DNA of 12,696 nucleotides from Chlamydiota bacterium (GTDB lineage Bacteria; Chlamydiota; Chlamydiia; Chlamydiales; RGXB01): NCBI GenBank assembly GCA_947494155.1, contig CANLTW010000023.1, positions 1 to 12,696 of the forward strand, read 5' to 3'. Shown piece by piece: positions 8,024 to 12,696 of this stretch (position 1 is its first letter; each line of letters starts with the position of its first letter). The notes under the pieces were generated by a model. It saw only the letters and a program-made list of their open reading frames with translations, ran no database searches and was not told where the DNA came from. The position numbers and the translations under genes were made by a program.

Positions 8024-8725
8024 CTAGCGAAAATACCTTAAAAATTTCAAGGTCGGTCCACACTGCCACTCCTCCGTCCAAGAGCAAAAAACCTGTTGAC
8101 GCAGTTGAGGCCACTCGGACAAAGGTTTGAGCGCTTCTTCAGTATGCGGTTGATGTATAAGCCATTTCAGAGATTGGGGATTGGGGAGATCTTCCGTTTG
8201 TGCTAACTTATGGACTCTTCTTAAAATATACTCCGAAGAGTCAGACGATAGAATGAGTTCTGGCAACGATATTTTACATTTAGATAATAGAAGATCATGA
8301 AGTTTTTCAAAGTATTTACTTTCGAAAATTTCGGCGCTTGTAGGATCCTCAAGGGCTTTTTCATGAATCAAACTTTGTTGCTGCCTCAAACTTAAAGTTG
8401 CTACTGCGATTAAAGGAATACTTATCCTGCTTGCAGTTGCAAAAGTCGGATTTTGCACAAATTCGGCTATGGCCTGTTCGTACAAGAGGGGGGGTAAGAG
8501 CTCTATCTCCTTCGAGCGCAACCAGGCTAAGGCCCTTGCCCCCTCTTCATCACTCCATAACGATTTTAAAATGCTCATCCACTCCCCCTCCTGGACCCAT
8601 TTTTGCATCTCGGCGGGCTGAAATTTTGCACCTTGAGCCTCCTTTTGGAGATAGGAGGTATTTGTTCTGTTTTCTGCAACCTCCATAAGGCGCTCTAGAG
8701 GTCTCAGACAGCTACTAGGAATCAT
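8024..8725 (-). CDS. 233-aa hypothetical helical protein; paralog of 11908..12609; probably co-transcribed with the 956-aa gene
   Basis: Aligns without gaps to the other 233-aa ORF; I counted 112/233 identities (about 48%) by hand. It ends 62 nt before the next start codon. Confidence 0.85.
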   Translation of the reverse strand: MIPSSCLRPLERLMEVAENRTNTSYLQKEAQGAKFQPAEMQKWVQEGEWMSILKSLWSDEEGARALAWLRSKEIELLPPLLYEQAIAEFVQNPTFATASRISIPLIAVATLSLRQQQSLIHEKALEDPTSAEIFESKYFEKLHDLLLSKCKISLPELILSSDSSEYILRRVHKLAQTEDLPNPQSLKWLIHQPHTEEALKPLSEWPQLRQQVFCSWTEEWQCGPTLKFLRYFR

Positions 8726-8844
8726 ACAATCTAAATCGAGATGAAATGCAAAATATTCTAATGCCGATTCTCTTAAAAAACCATACTTTTAAACAGTCAA
8801 TAGAAAGGGTTGGGCACTATTTCGCTCTGTGTTTATTTGGCTAG

Positions 8845-8865
8845 AAAATTGCCTAAAGCAATTTT
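8845..8865. terminator. Weak hairpin, possible terminator between the two module copies
   Basis: AAAATTGC-ctaaa-GCAATTTT, about 90 nt downstream of the stop at 8956. The stem is AT-rich, so it is weak. Confidence 0.25.
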
Positions 8866-8955
8866 TTTGCAATTTTTAAAAACAGGAATTTATCAACCTC
8901 TACAATCCAACTTTACGAAACATTCCAAAGCAGATTGTAGAGAGTTCATCCTTTT

Positions 8956-11841
8956 TTAGTCTGCACAGCAAGGGGGTTTTTGGCTTTTTGACTCCTGTAG
9001 CAAAAATATACGCAAAGCTTCGATTTTTTGGTCGATTTCCCTCTTACTTTGGACCAACTTTTCTCTCTCTTCAGGACTAATAAGGGGGATCTTTTGGTCT
9101 TTTTCCTCGTCTATCTCAAACCCTTCCCTGGTATAGGGGCTCTTTTTCATCTGGTCTCTTGTGTTTTTTAGAATCCAGCCCTTCCCCTCCAGAGAATACA
9201 CCTCCCCCTCGAGAAGTTCCTCGGTGATTATGTCGCTGATGGGTGCAAGGTCGATCTGTGTCATCCTCTGACGCAAAACGGACAATTTATCCTCCGTTTT
9301 TTTGCACTCTTGTAAGATGTCATCCACCTTTTGAAAGCTGTTTGTCCCTTTAAGTTTTTGCGCAATCCCCTCCAAAGAAGAGGTTTGCTGCTGAAATATG
9401 TTTAAAAGATTTCGGGTTTGCTCTAAATCAGAGAGTTTGGCCTCAAGCTTTTTTCTAGGCATCTCCCAAACCTCATGAAGAGTCCTCAAAAGATCTTGTT
9501 GCAAGGGCAACCAATCGGTTAAATGCTCTATTAACCAATCCTGTACTTTAGGAGAAAATTTATCGATATTTTTGGAATATATCGACTCTAAACGGGGATT
9601 AAGATAATTGGCTCGATGCTCAGGCTTTAAAAATTCTAGCAGATAAGGGATTAGCTCCATCGGCAAAAATTGCGAAATTATTTTTGAGGTGTGGGGATCA
9701 AATATCTCCGGGGCCTCCAAGGCCAAGTAATGCAACCATCTCCCCTCCCCTATCAGAGTTTGTGGACAGCGATTGAGAAATTGGCGCAAATCCTCCGGAG
9801 CATAGATGTCTCTTCGCATCGACAAACTTATTTCTCGGATATGTTCGGTTATCGATTGTTTGCGACCCTTGAACTGGACAATTTCACCAGAAACGCTGGC
9901 ATCGTAGCGGCATTCTTGCGCTAACTTTAAAAAAGTGGAATAAGGCAATCTTGTGGCAAAATAAAACATTTCCTTAGAGGGGATGCACCCCTTCTCATAC
10001 AGCTGATTCAACCGACTGATCACTTTTTCTTCAAAATGGGTGGCAAATTTGATATCTTCCATTAAAAGCTGTTTGAGCCAAAGGGGCAATGTTTGTAACT
10101 TGTCTTCAAGAAAATCTCTCCCCTCTCCATCAAAAGGCTCTAAAAAAGCACTGAGAAGCTCTACATCCCCATGATACTTTTCGGGAACACATTGGACAAA
10201 CTCAGGTTTATAAAGAAGATATTCCCCTGATGGAGTTGGCAAAAGTGCTATCGAAAAAAGAAACCGAATCCCGTTTTCCTGATGAGAAAAAAACTTGGTA
10301 CACATTTCTACAGCACACTGATCGAATCCCTGTTTCTTTAGTTTCTCTTCCAAATACTTTTTTAGACTACTCTCCAGACTTAACTCTCTACTCAGCTGAT
10401 TTAGGGCATGCGGTGCTATATTCGCTGAGCAGATTTCCAAAATTTTCTTTTCTAGAAAAGGGAGAAGCTCTTGGTTAAAGGCACTGCCAAGAGAGGTTTT
10501 CAATTTGTCCAAGATGTTAAAAAAAGAGGTTATACTTCGGTCTTGTAAGAAGAGCTTCAGGACCTCCTTATCCTTAAAGAAATGATCTATGAACCACGTC
10601 ATATCCTCTTGCAAATAAGTATCCACTTCACGAATTATTTGTTCGTGCTCCAATGTAGGTAGGCAAATTTGCGACGGCTTGTCTACAAAGGTTAAACGCC
10701 TTGCTAAAAGGGCCAACTTGAAAGAGGAGTTAAAAGGCTGGCCTCTCCTATTTTGCACGGCTTCTAAAAACTCTTTTTTGTTTTTTTTCCAATAAACCTC
10801 TATCTTTTTCCCTAAAATAATCTGTGAAATAAATCTTTTTTTCTCCCAAAAATCCAAAACATCAAATTCGCGCATGAGTGCATCTGGATCAAAATCCTGG
10901 GGCCTAAGCGCTAGTTGTTTTGCTAAAAGGATCTTGGTAATTTCTGCACAAGGGATATGCAACTTATGGACTCTAAAAGGGCAGTTTTTACACCATTTGG
11001 CAATCAAGAGCGCCCTTTTAAAAGGGTGTTTTGGATAAACGAGAGACAGTAACCCCATATCGGCACCCGGTTGACTACAATAGCTGTTCAGGCTATGGAG
11101 TAAAGCATCGGTTTCCTTTATTTCAGTGATTCTGCCGTTATGAAGCGTGATCTGATGCATCATCAAATTATAACCTAATAAGCGTCTATCCGTTGCAGGA
11201 TAATAAACAATTATTTCTTCATAGGTTTTTGGCTCCTGACTAACGAATTCAGGAACCATCTCTTTTAAGATCTCTATTGCCTTTAGAAGTGTATCGCCTC
11301 CGAAAAGAGCCGCATCATGGAAAAAATCCTGGGGCGTCGATTGAGCTAGAATCTGTTGTAAAGAAGAATCCCCAATGACAGCAGGCAGTTGCGTTCTGAA
11401 GGGAAAAAGATCGGGTTGTTTTGCTAAGATATACTTTTTTTCTTTTAACCCAAGCCCATAAAAAATCCTCTTATAGGATAAGCAAGAATTCTTGAAAGCT
11501 TGACTTCCGATAAGAGCCAAACGGAAAGCCTGAGCGCTCATCTCAACATCCCCATCCTTCAAAGGGATGTTCTCTACTCTCTCGCGAAAAAGATCCTTAT
11601 AGGTATTTGGCGCAATCGGCTCTTTGCGCTCTTCATAACCCATTCCCATAGAGGGGGCCGGCAGATAATCACAAGCTATGTTAAAAAGCCCCTCATACAG
11701 GCTTAGCTCATTTCCTTTATGAAAAAACTTCTGCTTTAAAGCATCCACAAGTTCGGGCACTTGTCGAATGTCCAAAGGGTTCAAAGCACAAGTATCGCAT
11801 TGATTAAGTTCGACCCAACGGGCCCATTGGTTTATACTCAT
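8956..11841 (-). CDS. ~961-aa alpha-helical putative effector with a C-terminal degenerate U-box-like motif; paralog of 5091..7961
   Basis: The ORF-track start at 11856 is TTG. The ATG at 11841 (MSINQWARWVE) lines up with the paralog start (MTIEKWARWVE), so I prefer it. C-terminus ISDIITEELLEGEVYSLEGKGWILKNTRDQMKKSPYTRE; the protein ends in PPCCAD. Confidence 0.85.
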   Translation of the reverse strand: MSINQWARWVELNQCDTCALNPLDIRQVPELVDALKQKFFHKGNELSLYEGLFNIACDYLPAPSMGMGYEERKEPIAPNTYKDLFRERVENIPLKDGDVEMSAQAFRLALIGSQAFKNSCLSYKRIFYGLGLKEKKYILAKQPDLFPFRTQLPAVIGDSSLQQILAQSTPQDFFHDAALFGGDTLLKAIEILKEMVPEFVSQEPKTYEEIIVYYPATDRRLLGYNLMMHQITLHNGRITEIKETDALLHSLNSYCSQPGADMGLLSLVYPKHPFKRALLIAKWCKNCPFRVHKLHIPCAEITKILLAKQLALRPQDFDPDALMREFDVLDFWEKKRFISQIILGKKIEVYWKKNKKEFLEAVQNRRGQPFNSSFKLALLARRLTFVDKPSQICLPTLEHEQIIREVDTYLQEDMTWFIDHFFKDKEVLKLFLQDRSITSFFNILDKLKTSLGSAFNQELLPFLEKKILEICSANIAPHALNQLSRELSLESSLKKYLEEKLKKQGFDQCAVEMCTKFFSHQENGIRFLFSIALLPTPSGEYLLYKPEFVQCVPEKYHGDVELLSAFLEPFDGEGRDFLEDKLQTLPLWLKQLLMEDIKFATHFEEKVISRLNQLYEKGCIPSKEMFYFATRLPYSTFLKLAQECRYDASVSGEIVQFKGRKQSITEHIREISLSMRRDIYAPEDLRQFLNRCPQTLIGEGRWLHYLALEAPEIFDPHTSKIISQFLPMELIPYLLEFLKPEHRANYLNPRLESIYSKNIDKFSPKVQDWLIEHLTDWLPLQQDLLRTLHEVWEMPRKKLEAKLSDLEQTRNLLNIFQQQTSSLEGIAQKLKGTNSFQKVDDILQECKKTEDKLSVLRQRMTQIDLAPISDIITEELLEGEVYSLEGKGWILKNTRDQMKKSPYTREGFEIDEEKDQKIPLISPEEREKLVQSKREIDQKIEALRIFLLQESKSQKPPCCAD

Positions 11842-11907
11842 AAAAATCTTTTTCAAGTTTCCGTTTAGGAATTTGTTTCATCTAAGTTTTTTTTCAGAGG
11901 CTCTTTT

Positions 11908-12609
11908 TTAAAAAGCAGACCCGCAAAAAGGGAGGCTCGGCCTAGCTGTCCAATCGTCAAACCATGATCGCAAAACACTCTCTTTATGCTCCTCCCAAGA
12001 TGAGACGGGCAAAATAGCATCCTGTTTCAAAGGATCTAGCATAAGCCAGCAAAGCCCGTTCTCTGATGGAAAAATCTTTTTTTCTGCAACGTTCTGCACC
12101 CTTTTCAGGATGTGGTGCCCACAATCGGAGGTGAGCATCAGCTCTGGCAACGAGGTTTGTAAAGACCTTCCAACCAAATCGTTGAGCTTTTCCAAATATT
12201 TGCTCTCAAACATCTCTGCAGCCCTTGGCTCTATGAGGGATTCCTTTTCTATAAGCTTTTGCTGGTGCAACAAACTTAGAGTTGCCTCAACTATCAAGGG
12301 GATACTCCGCTCACATGCGGTACGTACCGTCGGCTTTAAGGTAAATTCATGGATCGATTGCTCGTACAGCAAAGGCGGTAGGGATTGATGTTCTTTTCCC
12401 CTAAGCCACTCTAATGCTCTAACCCCCTCTTCATCGCTCCATAACCCTCTCAAAAGGGGCATCCAATCCCCTTCATTTACCCAAAGGTCTAGCTGCGTGG
12501 GGAGAAATTTTGCCCCTTTAGCCTCATTTTTGATAAAAGCGTCGCTCGTTCTATTCTCCGCAACAGCATACAACTGCTCCAGTGAGTTTCGTGAAGTTGT
12601 TGGCACCAT
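11908..12609 (-). CDS. 233-aa hypothetical helical protein; paralog of 8024..8725
   Basis: ATG preceded by SD-like AGGTGG. Same length as its paralog and about 48% identical (VAENRT, LWSDEEG.RAL.WLR, LPPLLYEQ, FESKY.EKL). It ends 66 nt before the ATG at 11841. Confidence 0.85.
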   Translation of the reverse strand: MVPTTSRNSLEQLYAVAENRTSDAFIKNEAKGAKFLPTQLDLWVNEGDWMPLLRGLWSDEEGVRALEWLRGKEHQSLPPLLYEQSIHEFTLKPTVRTACERSIPLIVEATLSLLHQQKLIEKESLIEPRAAEMFESKYLEKLNDLVGRSLQTSLPELMLTSDCGHHILKRVQNVAEKKIFPSENGLCWLMLDPLKQDAILPVSSWEEHKESVLRSWFDDWTARPSLPFCGSAF

Positions 12610-12639
12610 TTTCCACCTGGCAAAATAAAATGAGTCGAT

Positions 12640-12667
12640 ATTTTACATGTGCCTTACTTTTAATCAA
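12640..12667 (-). promoter_or_regulatory. Candidate sigma70/sigma66 promoter TTGATT-N16-TAAAAT
   Basis: Minus strand TTGATT (12667-12662), 16-nt spacer, TAAAAT (12645-12640), about 30 nt upstream of the ATG at 12609. Confidence 0.45.
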
Positions 12668-12696
12668 ATACAATAAAAAAACCTCTAAAAAGGGGG

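Larger units (their letters stand above)
5091..12665 (-). repeat. Ancient tandem duplication of a two-gene module (unit about 3.88 kb)
   Basis: Offsets between equivalent positions are nearly constant: small-gene starts 3884, small-gene stops 3884, large-gene starts 3880, large-gene stops 3865. Gene order and strand are the same in both copies. Confidence 0.9.

Noticed and set aside
11842..11856. TTG start giving a 966-aa protein (MKKIF extension)
   Set aside because: The paralog begins at the position equivalent to the ATG at 11841, so the extension is not supported, though not excluded.
5492..12388. Short nested or antisense ORFs (63-136 aa) in the duplicated module, including 5754..6152 and 9691..9924, which resemble each other
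   Set aside because: Their similarity follows from conservation of the real genes on the opposite strand. Their lengths and stops are not preserved between copies.
1..12696. CRISPR array, tRNA/rRNA, IS element, or a known anti-phage system such as DarTG
   Set aside because: I saw no repeat-spacer array, RNA gene signature, or transposase/integrase motif. The macrodomain motifs are of the Larg1/MavL type rather than DarG type, and the neighbouring U-box-like genes point to eukaryotic host targeting.

Overview
AT-rich (about 40% GC by eye) bacterial window with five long ORFs, all on the minus strand, and no housekeeping genes. It looks like a cluster of secreted effectors from a bacterium living inside eukaryotic cells (environmental Chlamydiota- or Legionellales-like; this is inference). 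The right two-thirds is an old tandem duplication (period about 3.88 kb) of a two-gene module: a 233-aa helical protein followed by a ~960-aa helical protein ending in a degenerate U-box (E3 ubiquitin ligase-like) motif. Downstream is a 1522-aa multidomain protein. Its C-terminus carries the motifs of the Larg1/MavL (DUF4804) ADP-ribosyl-glycohydrolase macrodomain, its middle resembles a degenerate OGFr_N domain plus a partial repeat, and its N-terminal third has a candidate ADP-ribosyltransferase motif layout. It may therefore be a writer and eraser of ADP-ribosylation fused in one polypeptide. It is followed by a clear intrinsic terminator, a near-consensus sigma70/sigma66 promoter and the start of another gene at the left edge. 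All domain calls come from motif recognition by eye, not from searches.
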